The notes beneath the pieces are model-generated. The model saw only the letters and a program-made list of their open reading frames with translations, ran no database searches and was not told the DNA's origin. A stretch of DNA of 63,790 nt, filler included, from Lama guanicoe (lineage: Eukaryota), in assembly GCA_013239625.1 (NCBI GenBank). It is 78 parts of 76 records of this genome, joined end to end, with 100 filler letters (N's around TTAATTAATTAA, not from the genome) between each part and the next. Parts side by side here need not be neighbours in the genome. Positions count along the whole stretch, not along the records: positions 24,424 to 24,977 come from PNXV01006771.1; positions 25,078 to 25,613 come from PNXV01006772.1; positions 25,714 to 26,599 come from PNXV01006773.1; positions 26,700 to 27,455 come from MU054337.1; positions 27,556 to 28,430 come from PNXV01006778.1; positions 28,531 to 29,290 come from PNXV01006779.1; positions 29,391 to 30,001 come from PNXV01006782.1; positions 30,102 to 30,963 come from PNXV01006784.1; 70 more parts are not named here. The stretch is one strand, 5' to 3'. A program made the position numbers and the translations under genes. This document shows positions 24,324 through 38,262 of this stretch, in pieces (the stretch's first letter is position 1; each line of letters begins with the position of its first letter).

Positions 24324-25713
24324 NNNNNNNNNNNNNNNNNNNNNNNNNNNNNNNNNNNNNNNNNNNNTTAATTAATTAANNNNNNNNNNNNNNNNNNNNN
24401 NNNNNNNNNNNNNNNNNNNNNNNAAAACCACTGCAATCTAGGAGCCACAATTATAATAAAAAATAAGTGTTTCTATCAAATATTGACTAAATGCCAATCA
24501 CAGACACAACCACAAATCACACCTGACAACCATCACGTGTGATTCTCAGCAACCCTACTAAGTAGACACGGATGAGAAACCCGGCTCTGCGGATGAGGAG
24601 ATGGAGCTCGGAGGAGCCGGGGACGCTGACCGTCCTGCTCCCCGTGACACCTCATCAGCCCAGGGAAAGCGCTGACAGAGCTGCACTGAGGGGACACCCA
24701 GCTGCATGGAACCTTGGGGGATTGGAGAGTCCTAGAAAATACTCAAAAGTGTTCAGTGAAAAACCAGCTCAAATATATTACACTGTGCCCCATCCTCTAA
24801 ACACGGAACATAACTGAACGATGCCTCCGTGTCCTTTCTGCCATCATCAGTTACGTGCCCTCTCAGCGCGACCAGTCATGAACTGGACCCCATACGAAGT
24901 GCACCCCATAGGCAGAGCTTTTAAAGCAGTTTTATGAAGTTTGTAAGACTCTGTCTATTCCTCACACAGGCGGTCATNNNNNNNNNNNNNNNNNNNNNNN
25001 NNNNNNNNNNNNNNNNNNNNNTTAATTAATTAANNNNNNNNNNNNNNNNNNNNNNNNNNNNNNNNNNNNNNNNNNNNAGAGGACAGCCTCGAACTTCCAA
25101 ATGGTTCCATGGACCCTGACCCTGGGGCGGTCCACTCCGGGGTTTGTGTCCTGCAGGGTGGACCCCCAGACCCAGCCACCCTGAGCCTGCCATGTTTATC
25201 TGACTCCAAAGCCACCAGGGCTTCCAATATCTTCTGTCACTAGAAGCAATAACTAATTCTAAACTGTAGAGACAGGTCTGGTCCAAAGCAGATTGGTGAT
25301 TCAGAGACAAGCCACGTGTATGCGTTTTCCCAGATTGCAGGGCACCGTGGGGACTGACACCCCCAAACCCTGGCTGATGGGTGGGCTCTACTCAGGCAGG
25401 ATCCGGCCAGCCTTCAGAGACACGATGCTCTGTCTGCAGCTGATAGAAATCCTGCACCATCGTCCCAGGAGTGAGCTGGATAGAGTGCTTGAATCCCTGG
25501 TTTCACCTCTCTCTCAAGAAGGAAAGTCTGGGTTGGCCTGTCACCATGTCCACGTTGACCATGGGGTGAACCATCTAGGTTCCAGGGTGCGCCCACCCTT
25601 CTGCGTGGTGTGTNNNNNNNNNNNNNNNNNNNNNNNNNNNNNNNNNNNNNNNNNNNNTTAATTAATTAANNNNNNNNNNNNNNNNNNNNNNNNNNNNNNN
25701 NNNNNNNNNNNNN

Positions 25714-25912
25714 CCTGTCTGCTCCAGCTGAGCCCCGGCTTCCAGGCGCTCCCACTGAGACTGCAGACATAAATGAGCAGTTTGAGGTGGTCCAGTGCAG
25801 CCAAGCCCCCAGGTATAAGCTGGAGCCAAGGTGTCATGAGGTAATAAAATGTTGGCTGTTGCAAGTCGCTGAGGTTTGGGGTGATTTTTATGCAACAAAT
25901 CACAACTGCACT
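25714..25912 (+). mobile_element. MaLR (MLT1-type) LTR 3' part
   Basis: Ends aataaaatgttggctgttgcaagtcgctgaggtttggggtgatttttatgcaacaaatcacaactgca, matching the MLT1 terminal pattern. Confidence 0.7.
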
Positions 25913-27589
25913 GAGGTCCTGTGAAGAAGAGTCCTGGGGAAGACTTGTGAGAAGTTGACAGGTATAAATGTGCTTTTTCTCTATCTGGTTTCTGATTGCC
26001 TCTAACAGCTGGGCCTGGAGCATCTGCCCTTTTCACCAAACTTTCTTTCACGTATGTGGCACAAAGTTTTGCTGCCACTGCTGAGAAGGAACGAGAGCTC
26101 TGGGTCTCCGCTCACAGGCACAGCTGGCTGAGTGTTCACGTTGGGGCCCTGCAGTAACCAGGGAGGTGTAAGCTTTTCTTGTTCAATGTGGCTTTAATAG
26201 TTCACTCATTCTTCTCACTGCATGTGACATAGCTTTAAAAAAAAATGAGGGACTATTTAAAAGATCATGTATCTCTACAAATAATCAAAATTTAACAGAC
26301 TATTTTCAATTTCAGATCAATTTGAGAACCCACCAAAACTGAGACTTTTGACCCATATTTCCTTAGTTCCTCAGAATTTCATAAAGACATGGACACTTAC
26401 TTGTGTGGAAGAGCTTTACCCTCTCGCGTGGCGGCAAGCTGGGGCCCAGGGAAGGTGGAGTCATGGGTCTGTCTAAGTAGCTTTCTACCCTGAAGGGCTG
26501 CATGAGCAAAGTCAAATTTTTATTCTATGGTGAGGAATGCCAGGAAGAGATGTGTTGCAGCAATGAGCAGCTGAGCCAAATTTTGCCCTTGCTTTTTTCN
26601 NNNNNNNNNNNNNNNNNNNNNNNNNNNNNNNNNNNNNNNNNNNTTAATTAATTAANNNNNNNNNNNNNNNNNNNNNNNNNNNNNNNNNNNNNNNNNNNNA
26701 CTCAGATGGAGAAACTGAGGTAAGAGGACATGGCTGCTTGTTTACCCCCCCACACACAAATACTCGATCCTCTAAATCTGTGGAAGAACTCACTCAGGTC
26801 ACTTAGCAAAGAAGAGGACAAGAGAACTTGACATTTTCTATTTTGGGTCACCTTTTCCACCTTTCTTTTAATAAGAAGAGTGTAATGTTATATGCCTGGA
26901 GCAGAGTAAGTGGTAGCCATTTCGGATTCCTTCCTTTTCTCTTGACCATCTGGCTAAATCCTGGTGGCCTTCTTGGAGGAGGAAGCTAGGAAGGAGCAAG
27001 GTTTAGTCAATCTAAGTTGGGAGTCTAGCCTCTTTCCCAGGCCCCAGGTGGTGTGGGGAGCAGGGAGCTTTTTGGAGGCTTCACAGCCATGAAAGACATC
27101 CCATTAAAATTTGTTATCTCCAAGTGAGGTTATGTACACAGTTACAGACACCGGGACAAGGAATGAAGTCAGAAAATGCTTGTCATGTAACTNNNNNNNN
27201 NNNNNNNNNNNNNNNNNNNNNNNNNNTTTTGGTAATACCTTGGTATCCTCAAAAATGGAAATGTCCCTAGCCTTGGAGCTCCTCCTCTGCCCCAACACAC
27301 TCTCTGGAAGGAGCTGGCTCCTCACCCCTCATCAACAGCCACCTCCAGGCTTCACCGGCCCCCATGCTCCCTGCCCCTCCCCCCACGACTTCCAGGTTCT
27401 ATGCTGGGGCCATAAATTATCCATGAGCTGTACGTTGGCTGCTTCTTCAGCTGGANNNNNNNNNNNNNNNNNNNNNNNNNNNNNNNNNNNNNNNNNNNNT
27501 TAATTAATTAANNNNNNNNNNNNNNNNNNNNNNNNNNNNNNNNNNNNNNNNNNNNACTCTTCCTACGTACCAGTTTAAAGTACTCATAT

Positions 27590-28090
27590 CCCAATTGAAA
27601 AATGAGCAGAAGCCATGAAAAGAAATTTCAAAATGGAAGAAACATATATGGGCAGTAAACACAGAGAAAATGTGCAACCTCATGAAAATGAATGAGACAC
27701 ACAAAACGTGAGACACACAAAGTAAATCTATATGATTGGCAAAAATTGAAGTCCAGTAATGCCAAGTTATTGGCACTGGATGTGGGAAGGATGGAGGAGA
27801 TGTGGATCCACAAAATCTTTTATGCTTTACTGGTAGAAATGTAAATTAGTATGATCATTTTAGAAAATAATTGAGGATTATCTAGTAATGTCAAACATTC
27901 ACCTACTCTATGGTCTAGTACTTCCACACTTCATATATACACAGAAGAAACTGCACATGTGTACCCTGTGATATTTACCAAAATGTTAATAGCATCACTG
28001 TTTAAACAGCAAAACCCTAGAAAAACCTAGCTGCTCATCCGCAGAACAGGTGAATGAATTGTGTTATTCTCAAACAGATGAAAATAAACA
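27590..28090 (+). mobile_element. Old L1 (L1M-type) ORF2 3' region
   Basis: caattgaaaaatgagcagaagccatgaaaagaaatttca...tggtagaaatgtaaattagtatgatcattttagaaaataatt...aaaatgttaatagcatcactgttt. Confidence 0.75.
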
Positions 28091-28339
28091 CAAGGAAATT
28101 ATGAACAGAGGATTCAGGGAGATCGCTGACCTCCATGGGTGGAGTAAGGCATTGAAAAGGAGGTGGGCAGTAGATTCATGACTGCTTATTTAAAATAATT
28201 AAATAAATAAGTCAGAAATGATGAAAGCATATTGGACAAAGGATGACGGTAAAGCCAAAGTCCTGAGGTCAATTAAAGGAGCTTAAGAAAGAAAAGGTGA
28301 GGGAACAGAAGGGAAGGAAAGAAATCACTGTCAGTTTTC

Positions 28340-28426
28340 ATAGTCGTGTCCCCAAATAAATTATCCCCACAGGCTATCTTGCTTCTATAGTCTTGTCCCC
28401 AAATAAATTATCCCCACAGGCTATCT
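28340..28426. repeat. Local tandem duplication, period 47 bp
   Basis: atagtc(g/t)tgtccccaaataaattatccccacaggctatct at 28340 and 28387. Confidence 0.9.
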
Positions 28427-28530
28427 GCCCNNNNNNNNNNNNNNNNNNNNNNNNNNNNNNNNNNNNNNNNNNNNTTAATTAATTAANNNNNNNNNNNNNN
28501 NNNNNNNNNNNNNNNNNNNNNNNNNNNNNN

Positions 28531-29290
28531 AATTCTGGGTTCTGTTTTCTGTTTTCCATATTCTATATTCTGTTTTCTAAATTCTATTTTCTGTAATCTA
28601 TATTCTGCATTCCGTATTGTATATTCTATATTCTGTGTTCTACATTTTATATTCTAAATTCTATTTTAAGTATTCTACATTCTATATTCTAAATTCTATT
28701 TTCAGTATTCTGCATTGTATATTCTAAATTCTGTGTTCTGCATTCTATGTTCTAAATTCTGGCTTCTGTGTTCTCTATTCTATATTCAATATTTTGTGTT
28801 ATTATTTCTATATTCTACATTAAATATACTGCATTCAGTATTCTATATTCTATATTCTGTGTTATACAATCTATATTCTAAACTCTATATTCAATATTCT
28901 GAAATCTATTGTCTAAATTCTGTGTTCTGTGATCTATGTTCTAAATTCTATATTCAGTATTCTGTATTCTACATTGTAAATTTCGTGTTCTGCATTTCAT
29001 GTTCTAAATTGTGGACTCCATATTCTCTTTTCTATAATCTGTATTCTGTGTTCTACATTATATATTCTACATTCTATATTCTGTATTCCGTTTTCTATAT
29101 TTTATATTGTGTGTTCCACATTCTATATTCTAAATTCTTCATTCAGTATTCTGTAGTATATATTCTAAAAATTCTGTGTATTCCATGTTCTAAATTCTGG
29201 TTTCTATATTCTATTTTTCTATATTATATATACTGTGTTCAAAATTCTATATTCTAAATTCTATATTCAGTATTCTTTATTCTATATTCT
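28531..29290 (+). repeat. 7-bp-period satellite
   Basis: Phased TTCnnnn heptamers. Confidence 0.97.
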
Positions 29291-29390
29291 NNNNNNNNNN
29301 NNNNNNNNNNNNNNNNNNNNNNNNNNNNNNNNNNTTAATTAATTAANNNNNNNNNNNNNNNNNNNNNNNNNNNNNNNNNNNNNNNNNNNN

Positions 29391-30001
29391 AATTCTAAAT
29401 TTTATATTCAGTATTATGTATTCTATATTTGAAATTCTGGGTTCTGCATTCCATGTTCTAAATTCTGGGTTCTGTGGTCTCTATTCTATATCCTATATTG
29501 TGTGTTATTCATTCTATACACTACATGATATATTTTGCATTCCGTATTCTAAATTCTATATTCTGTGTTCTAAATTCTAAATGCTTAATTCTATATTCAG
29601 TATTCTGTTTCCTCTATTGTAAATTCTGTGTTCTGCATTCCATGTTCTATATTCTATTTTCAGTATTCTGTATTCTATATTCTAAATTCTGTGTTCTGCA
29701 TTCCTTGTTCTATATTATGGTTTCTGTATTCTGTTTTCCATATTCTATATGCTGTGTTCTACATTCTATATTCTGAATTGTATATTGAGGTTTCTGTATT
29801 CTATATTCTAAATTCTGTGTTCTGCATTCCATGTTCTATATTCTATATTTAGGATTCTGTATTCTGTATTCTAAACTTTGCGTACTGCATTCGGTGTTCT
29901 AAATTCTATATTTAGTATTCTTAAATCTATATTCTTAATTCTGTGTTCTGAGTTCCATTTTCGAAATTCTGAGTTCTGTATTCTGTTTTCCATATTCTAT
30001 A
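29391..30001 (+). repeat. 7-bp-period satellite
   Basis: Recurrent TTCTAAA TTCTGTG TTCTGCA TTCCATG block. Confidence 0.97.
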
Positions 30002-30754
30002 NNNNNNNNNNNNNNNNNNNNNNNNNNNNNNNNNNNNNNNNNNNNTTAATTAATTAANNNNNNNNNNNNNNNNNNNNNNNNNNNNNNNNNNNNNNNNNNN
30101 NAGGAAAAGTATGTTAAGGGATGGGAGACCAAAGCATATTGAAGGATCTAGTCAAGAGAGCTGCAGTCCAAGCTGAGCTTTCCCATACTCTCAGAGACAC
30201 ATGCCACGGGCAGTCTGAATTTATTTAAATTTATCAACGGATGAAGCAAATATATAAAAGAATGATTGTTAAAGAGGCTATTACATCTAAGTGAGAATTA
30301 TTAAAAGGCTAGGAGAGTCTCAGGGGGAACAGAAAGGCCAGGAACAGATTCCAAAATAATTTCAGAAACAGAGTCAGTGGGAATGAATGGCTATATGGCC
30401 AAAAGTTATGAATTCTTGAAGTACTAGTTGAAGTAGGGAGAAAGTGCAAACAGAAAAAGTTCAAATGTAAGAATATGGCCCATAAAGATTAATAGACATT
30501 GTAAAAATTCAGAAGGTGCCATCACAACTTCATGGGTCCTTTTAAAATTGGCTATTTAAAATGCATTATCATTTCTGTTTATGAAAATTCTGTAAGACTG
30601 ACATCCTTTAAAATTATTTCCATTTTAACAATACTGAGAAGACTTACCCATGTTTTCATAGCAGCTTGGAGACACATCTGTAAAGAGAATTTCGGGCTTT
30701 TAATCTCCATGGCCTGCTATCAGACCCCTCGCAGTCCCAGGCCAACTCAGACTT

Positions 30755-30778
30755 CACACACACACACACACACACACA
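30755..30778. repeat. (CA)n microsatellite
   Basis: About 12 CA units. Confidence 0.9.
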
Positions 30779-31063
30779 ATCTCCTAAATTTTTAACATGA
30801 TTTCTGAGACTAAAATTAAAGTGATTTCTCTATTATCAATACTTCTAGATATAAGTAGATACATAAATAAATGTATAAATAAATATTGTTCAGTGTTTCT
30901 GGAACAAGGGAGGTGGCCCCATTTTTACACCTTTTTCAGGAAGTCTAGAGTGACAAGTAAGACNNNNNNNNNNNNNNNNNNNNNNNNNNNNNNNNNNNNN
31001 NNNNNNNTTAATTAATTAANNNNNNNNNNNNNNNNNNNNNNNNNNNNNNNNNNNNNNNNNNNN

Positions 31064-31260
31064 TGAATTTGTAAACCACTTTGGGGAGTCTTAACATTTT
31101 TAACAATATTGTGTACCATTCCATGAACATGGGATGTCTTCCATATACGTAGATCTTTTAAATTTTATTTCGATGATACTTCAAAATATTCAATGTACAA
31201 ATCTTATAAATTTTTGTTAAATGTATCTCTCATTTTATTTTTAATGCTGTTGTAAATGGA
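31064..31260 (-). mobile_element. Old L1 ORF2 fragment, antisense
   Basis: tgaatttgtaaaccactttggggag...ccatgaacatgggatgtcttccat...tttgttaaatgtat...gctgttgtaaatgga. Confidence 0.75.
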
Positions 31261-31729
31261 AAGGCTGAGCTTCTTGAGGATGGGACTATATATCAATTTG
31301 TTTATTTCTAGGATTCCTACACAGCAAATACCCTAGGTATATATTTGCTATAAATCTATCCACAACTCTTCCCACCCCTGTGTTATAAGAAACCAAGACC
31401 CAGGTTAAGCTACCTGAACAACTACGTGGAAGTGACAAATGAGACCCTTGGGTGGGGATTTGTGCAGATGATACTAAGAGGTCATTCAGGATGGCTTCAT
31501 GTTAATTTCTTTTAAACAATCCTTTCGGTGTATTTAGTCAGGTAAATTAAGAACATACCCTTTTGATGTGCGCAGGAGCTGAATATAATTTNNNNNNNNN
31601 NNNNNNNNNNNNNNNNNNNNNNNNNNNNNNNNNNNTTAATTAATTAANNNNNNNNNNNNNNNNNNNNNNNNNNNNNNNNNNNNNNNNNNNNAGGTTGCTT
31701 CCGTGCCTTGGCTGTTGTAAATAGTGCTA

Positions 31730-31840
31730 GCAGAGCTTCTTAAAACACAGATTTTGGGGCTCCGCCCAGAGTTTCTGACAAGAATCCAGGCAATTCCAAT
31801 GTTGCTGGTCTGAATCACTCTTGGCAAACACTTACTCTAA
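31730..31840. mobile_element. MER5-like hAT (Charlie) DNA transposon relic
   Basis: agagcttcttaaaacacagattttggggctccgcccagagtttctga...ccaggcaattccaatgttgctggtctg...cactct. Confidence 0.6.
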
Positions 31841-33789
31841 AAAATACAGTCCCCAGTTTCCCTTCCCAAATATAGATTAGGTCTGGATTCTTGGCTCTGC
31901 AATTAATTTCCTCATCCACCAGCTGAAGAAAATTGTTATTAGTGAGCTGGTAGGAAGACTGGAAATTAATTTTTTATGCAGCAAATTAATTTTAATTTCT
32001 AGTCATAGCTCTGCCATTGTTCCTACATGTGGAAAATCAGAAAAAGACAGAAATGTGTGTTGAATTTGTTTTCTTTGACGTTGGAGAGACAACAAAGCTT
32101 TATTCTCCCATCAGAAAGTCATTTTAGAGTTTTCTCTGGCTACATCTGTAGAAACTAAGAAGCAATCAGTCCCTTTCTTCCTGTGTCTCTTAATGTGGGT
32201 GTTTGGATGTTGCTGGGAAATGAAATTAAAATAGAGTATTTTCCCCAGCACTGGCTCTAACTCATACACTTGTGTCAGATAGACAACACCTTCTGATATG
32301 AAGATTCTGTTTACAAATCTAAGCTTATGCTAAAAAAAGTACAATGTTAAGGAAGAATTTAAACAGGATTCTGTGAGATTTTATAGCATGCCGCTACTTT
32401 GTACATGGAATACTGGGGTTGATGTGGGGGATAAAGGCATAAGCTGGCATCAAGGTATAGTACTAAGACACCTGCATTCGAATCTCTTTGTTTAGAATGT
32501 AGGTTCTGACCCACAGGATGAGAACCCCTGGGAGTGAAGCTTGAGGAGTTGTTCACTAAGTGGTCTCTACACTACTGTGTGGAAACTCTGGAAGGAATAG
32601 CCCTCTCTCCTTTTACCCTCTCTNNNNNNNNNNNNNNNNNNNNNNNNNNNNNNNNNNNNNNNNNNNNTTAATTAATTAANNNNNNNNNNNNNNNNNNNNN
32701 NNNNNNNNNNNNNNNNNNNNNNNGTCATAGACAAGCCCAGATTCACAGAATTGAGATGCAGATTCCATCTCTCGAATAGGAGGTGCTGTAAAATATGTTA
32801 GTCATTTGTATTGTAATTTTTCTTAGATGTTCTGAATTTCATTAATTTTGCAGTTAAAACAATTAAATGAGGTGTTTTTCAAAGTAAGAAAATATCCTTA
32901 ATTTTGGCAGAAGCTATGAAATTTATAATATGGATTTGCACAACGTTTATAAATGATTCTATTTGAAGAGCAGGCATAGACAATTGTATTTTATAAAGTA
33001 CCAAGCCCAGGAAAAAGGTACTGCTTCTAGGGAAATTGACTGCAAGCCTTTTTCCTATTTATTTCTTTATCTTCCTTTGTTCTTTCCAGTCAAATTCTTG
33101 ATACATGAATGTCTTCAGGTGGTAGAAGAGAAGTAGTAATTTTTTAAAATAACATTGAATAAATATTTTACTATATCCTTTTACACAGTTTCCTGTAATA
33201 TTAATCTATATGTTTATTCACTTTTAGGGGAAATCATGTTTCCATTAATGTGCCCAGGATCTTTTAAAGTGTTTTTGGTTCTTATTCAGATAACAGATGC
33301 TCTGAGGCTATGTAAAGTACATAAATTTCTCTCTGCCATGCCAACAATTATAAACACTTTGCTTATGGCTTATTTCTGTAGGTTTTAATATATAAAAATT
33401 CTAAATTATATCATTTTATATTTGGTGTCTGTGTATTTGCNNNNNNNNNNNNNNNNNNNNNNNNNNNNNNNNNNNNNNNNNNNNTTAATTAATTAANNNN
33501 NNNNNNNNNNNNNNNNNNNNNNNNNNNNNNNNNNNNNNNNTTTGGATATCAGTGTAGATTTATTTTAGGTCTCATGTAGGGAGAAGCATCAGTATCAGTT
33601 ATCTTCTTTATTACTCACTCTCCAGTGATGATTGTTGCTAGTTGATCTAACCAAGTCATGCTTAAGTCTTTCCTGCTCAAGACACTAACAGCAGAGTCAT
33701 GACTTATAGAATGCTCAAAGAAGAAAGTTCTTGATTGATTTTATTTTGCCAACCAATCAAACCAATCAAATAAAACCCCAGTGTTGACA

Positions 33790-33915
33790 CAGACTATAAG
33801 CCCTCCAGAATAGGGTCACTGTCTTCCTTGTGTTTCATTTGTTGGGTCACAGTGTCTGGATAGTGCCTTGCTGTCCAGCAGTTTTGTGAGGATATGGTTC
33901 TCGTGAATCATTGTA
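33790..33915 (+). mobile_element. L2 3' terminal fragment
   Basis: agactataagccctccagaatagggtcactgtctt...cagtgtctggatagtgccttg. Confidence 0.55.
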
Positions 33916-35265
33916 AGGACAGAATTTTGACAACAGACTAAAAAAAGGAAAAGGTAGAATTACTGCTCAGATCTGTTTCAAAATTAAGCTTTGAATTTTG
34001 AGAATAATTCAAGAAACCATAAAAAGATTTTTTTCACTAATTTTAGATCTATCTTANNNNNNNNNNNNNNNNNNNNNNNNNNNNNNNNNNNNNNNNNNNN
34101 TTAATTAATTAANNNNNNNNNNNNNNNNNNNNNNNNNNNNNNNNNNNNNNNNNNNNTGTGAGCCGCGGGGCTCTGCACACTAACGGCCAGGCAAGGAGGG
34201 CACTTTCGTACATTGGGGAGAAAAAGGCTGGAGCAGCACTCGCTGGAAATAAATTCTAATTAAACCTTCAGGTGAGGTTCCTGCAGCAGGACCCATGCCA
34301 ATAGATGAGGCTCCCTCCGTGCTGCCCAGTCATGTGAGCCAGGCTCATTAATATACCTGTGTGTTTGGTTTAGCAAGTGAATAATGTCTGTTTTCTGGAA
34401 ATTACATGAGGGTGGAAAACCTTCCAAACATGTTCATTTATTTGCTGTGGAATTTGTTTAATCCTCTTAAGAGCATTTAGAATGACAAACTTCTTAAATT
34501 AGCATGTTTGCCTGAGAGACCTTTCCAGGCACATGGGCCAAAACCTAGGACAACACAGAAACAAATTCAAAACCGTTTCAGCTGCATAGCACCACAGAAT
34601 GTGTCCAGTTTGAGAATCAAGAATTTTTTCTCCACACACTTTTCCTCCTCTGCCCAAATTAATCAGCCTCTGCTGCTCTTGTATAATGAGTATCGTATGA
34701 CTCATCTTCTCTGCCTGTAAAATGGAAATGGGAAATAATTCTGCCCAATAAAATGTCATAGAACTAACCCCCAAAATTATATATATTAAAAAATAGAGCT
34801 TTACGCTGTCCAGGGATATCAATAATTAATTTAATGTATCAATTGTTACTAGAATAAACTTTTTAGAATGTAACCCCTCCTCAGAAAACTTCAACTACTA
34901 TTCAATAAAATTATCACAGGAAATTTCTGTAAAGAATTTAAAGGAAAATCATATTTAACTGAATCATATTCTAGGCACANNNNNNNNNNNNNNNNNNNNN
35001 NNNNNNNNNNNNNNNNNNNNNNNTTAATTAATTAANNNNNNNNNNNNNNNNNNNNNNNNNNNNNNNNNNNNNNNNNNNNCTGAACATTTTAATTGCAGGT
35101 GGTTCTAAGGTCCTGCCTTTACAAATATACATTCATTTTAAGGGGGAAGGCCAGGTTCAAAATTAGAATTCCCAGACTCAAGGGAGTCCTGCAAAGAAAG
35201 TGAGCGTGCTGGGAGAGGTGATTCTCAGTCTCTGATCACTAGTCTGACCCTTTTCTTCCCAATGC

Positions 35266-35312
35266 TGGGTCCATCCCTTGCCACAAGGATGGGTCCATCC
35301 CTTGCCACAAGG
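35266..35312. repeat. Perfect local tandem duplication, period 24 bp
   Basis: tgggtccatcccttgccacaagg at 35266 and 35290. Confidence 0.9.
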
Positions 35313-35838
35313 GGCCTTGGATGTGCACAGGGGGACACTCAGATTTCACGTCCTGGTTTTGCGCATACCCTCCATGCAAACAGCTGCCCTTTGGCCTCTC
35401 TGTGAGTCCCGGGAATCTGAACTCCGGGGAGAGATGGTGCAGGCACTAGAAATGGGTAAGGGGCTGCTGAGGCAGGGTATTCGGGGTCCTGGGATTCTAG
35501 AGTACGGGATGGAGCCAATGACCATGTCCCCTTGGCCCTGCTGGCCCCACCTGATGGAGGGCGTGGCCAGATGAAGTGTCAGGGCCAGGGGGACCCTCTG
35601 CAGTGCANNNNNNNNNNNNNNNNNNNNNNNNNNNNNNNNNNNNNNNNNNNNTTAATTAATTAANNNNNNNNNNNNNNNNNNNNNNNNNNNNNNNNNNNNN
35701 NNNNNNNCTATTGATTTTTTTAATAAACCAAATTTTGTCCATTAATTATAGATTTAGCTGTTCATGGACAAATCTCCAGGAAAAGAATTAGAGGTCTCTG
35801 ACCTCTGAAAACTAAGAAAGTAAATTTAAAAAAAATCA

Positions 35839-35924
35839 GGGGGGAGATTATACCTCATTTGGGAGAGTATGTGCTTAGCATGCATAAGGCCCTCAGTTCA
35901 GTCCCCATTAACTCCATTTAGAAA
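35839..35924 (+). mobile_element. Short tRNA-derived SINE (camelid Vic-1-like), diverged
   Basis: ggggggagattatacctcatttgggagagtatgtgcttagcatgcataaggccctcagttcagtcccca; decayed A and B boxes; homologous to 55624..55703. Confidence 0.75.
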
Positions 35925-36224
35925 CTTTGTTTTTTAAGAAATGGAGAATTAAAGCAAAAAGATGGAGGAATACAGAATTTTTTAGAGTCTCATTTCAGAT
36001 TTAAGATGGGGAAGAAACCATCCATTTCTCAGAAGAAATCTTGAGAACTATGTAAACTGGATCTGAGATGTCTAGTCTTCTAACATTATTCATGAATTCA
36101 TATTACCAAGTCTTAAAACTACCTGATAACCCACAGTGGTGATACTGATCATAACAGCTGCCATCACGGATCGAGCTCCGGCTAGGAATGCTCTGTTCTG
36201 ACATCTCTGCCCCTGAGGCCTCAC

Positions 36225-36358
36225 CAGGCTGAGAGCACTAAATTCGGTCATTCATGAGCATCTCGTGACAGCCCCTCTAGGGAAGCACTGTTATCATCTT
36301 CCCCATCCGTAGATAAGGCCACTGAAGCACAGAGACTAAACCCGTTCCAGGTCACATC
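36225..36358 (-). mobile_element. MIR SINE, antisense
   Basis: tctcgtgacagcccct...tgttatcatcttccccatccgtagataaggccactgaagcacagag...ccaggtcaca. Confidence 0.65.
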
Positions 36359-36737
36359 GACATTAAAGGATGCCTGTATTTCTGCTGTTTTGCTTTTGAC
36401 AAAGGAACCTGAGATATCAATTCAAGGGAGATTGTTTAATAATCAAGTCTGTCAGATCTTCACCTCAAACAGCAGATAATTTAAATTCCTGATGTAGGAT
36501 GAGGCTGCCGCCACAAACTGACTCAGATTGAAATTAATATCCAAGATGAAGCAGCGGATACACATAAGTATTCACGTTTGTCAACTCCGCTCATGGGTCT
36601 GGGCCCTTCATTGCCTGAACGGGGGTCAAATCCCCACNNNNNNNNNNNNNNNNNNNNNNNNNNNNNNNNNNNNNNNNNNNNTTAATTAATTAANNNNNNN
36701 NNNNNNNNNNNNNNNNNNNNNNNNNNNNNNNNNNNNN

Positions 36738-37449
36738 CCAAACAGGAAGAACACAATTACACCCACACCAATATATTTAATTAAGATGACGAGAGTCAAG
36801 GATAAAGAAATGATCCTAAGGACAGCAAGAGAATAGTAAAGTATGAGTTACAAGGGAATCCCCATAAGGCTACCAGCTGATTTCTCTACACAAATACTAC
36901 AGCCCAGAAGGGAGTGGCAAGATATATTCAGTCCTGAATGAAAAAAATTATATACAGTAGTATACTTTGACCAGCAATGCTATTCTATTTGGTAAATATA
37001 GAAATAAAGGATTTCACAACAAGAAAAAGCTTAAAGAGTTTAGCAACACTAGACCCATGCTAAAAGAATTATTGAAAGGTCTACTTTAAAAAGAAAAGCA
37101 GCAGGATGCTACAAATATGAAACTCTTGAAATGTGATGATTCATGAATTACAAATAAAATAAACAAAAAATTTTAAAAGAAGGCATACAAATCATTGAGA
37201 GTCGGAGAGGGAGGCAGGAAAATGGAGAAATTTTTTTTTTTTGGTCTTTTATTTTAAAATTTTTTGTTCTCGGTAGGATGGGTTTGAGATCATCTTACTA
37301 TCCGTTTAATAGAAGCAGTTATAGTAATGGCCTAATGGACTTATAAAAAAGGGTAACAAGAAGACAAAAACTTATCTGGGAGTCACTAAAACTAAGTAAA
37401 ATTCTTGACGTAACAAAGGAAAGTTACCAAACCATAAAAGGAAGATGAA
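36738..37449 (+). mobile_element. L1 ORF1 C-terminal part and inter-ORF region, decayed
   Basis: gagtcaaggataaagaaatgatcctaaggacagcaagaga...caagggaatccccataaggctaccagctgatttctct...cagaagggagtggcaagatatattc; reverse-complement homolog of 48005..48794. Confidence 0.9.
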
Positions 37450-37799
37450 NNNNNNNNNNNNNNNNNNNNNNNNNNNNNNNNNNNNNNNNNNNNTTAATTA
37501 ATTAANNNNNNNNNNNNNNNNNNNNNNNNNNNNNNNNNNNNNNNNNNNNTACCTCCATCCCTTCTTGCAAGTGAGGGCCCCTTATTTACAAATGACCATG
37601 GAGTGTTAGCACCACATTTTATCAGCAGAACATGTGAACACGTGGTGACAGTGATGCTCACCTGTTTGCTTCTGCTTCCCAGTGCAACTTCAGCCTATGT
37701 CAGAGGACCTCAGCTGCCCCAGCGAACAGGGCCTTCTGTACAGGGAATGGGCTCCTCCTCGAAGCACAGACAAGAAGCAGCCCTTAGATCTCCTCAGGT

Positions 37800-38262
37800 G
37801 AGCTGTTGTGGAGAGCACTCCAGTGGGAAGAGCTCAGGGTTGCCCTCACAGCATCTGAGTGTGACAGTCCTCCAAGAGTATTACCAACCAGGAAGCACAC
37901 AGGAGCTCTGAGCTTTGTTGCCCCCAAGTTTTTACTGGAGGCTTTATTAAAAAGACATAATTTATTGGGTCACTACCAACATGGCTAACCCAAACCCTAA
38001 TTGTAAGTCAAAACTTTCCTTAGCCCAAAACGCTGAGCCCCTTCATCTCCTGGTGGTCACTCACTTGTCACAAAGCTCAAAGCCCCACTCCTCTAATCAC
38101 ATGGTTGGTGTCTCTGACAGGCCAGTCCCCATCCTGAGTCGTCTCATGGACACAAGCCATCCAAAATAGCAAAGGCACTCCTATCTTGGGAAATTTCAAG
38201 GCTTTAGGGGTTGCCATCCAGGAACTGGGACCAAAGACCTTCCAAATTCTTCATTAAATAGG
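37800..38262. mobile_element. MER21-like LTR
   Basis: accaaccaggaagc...tttttactggaggctttatt...aaagccccactcctctaatcacatggttgg...ccagtccccatcctgag...gggaaatttcaagg...ccaggaactgggaccaaagacc matches my recollection of MER21-family LTRs. The 5' boundary is approximate. Confidence 0.65.
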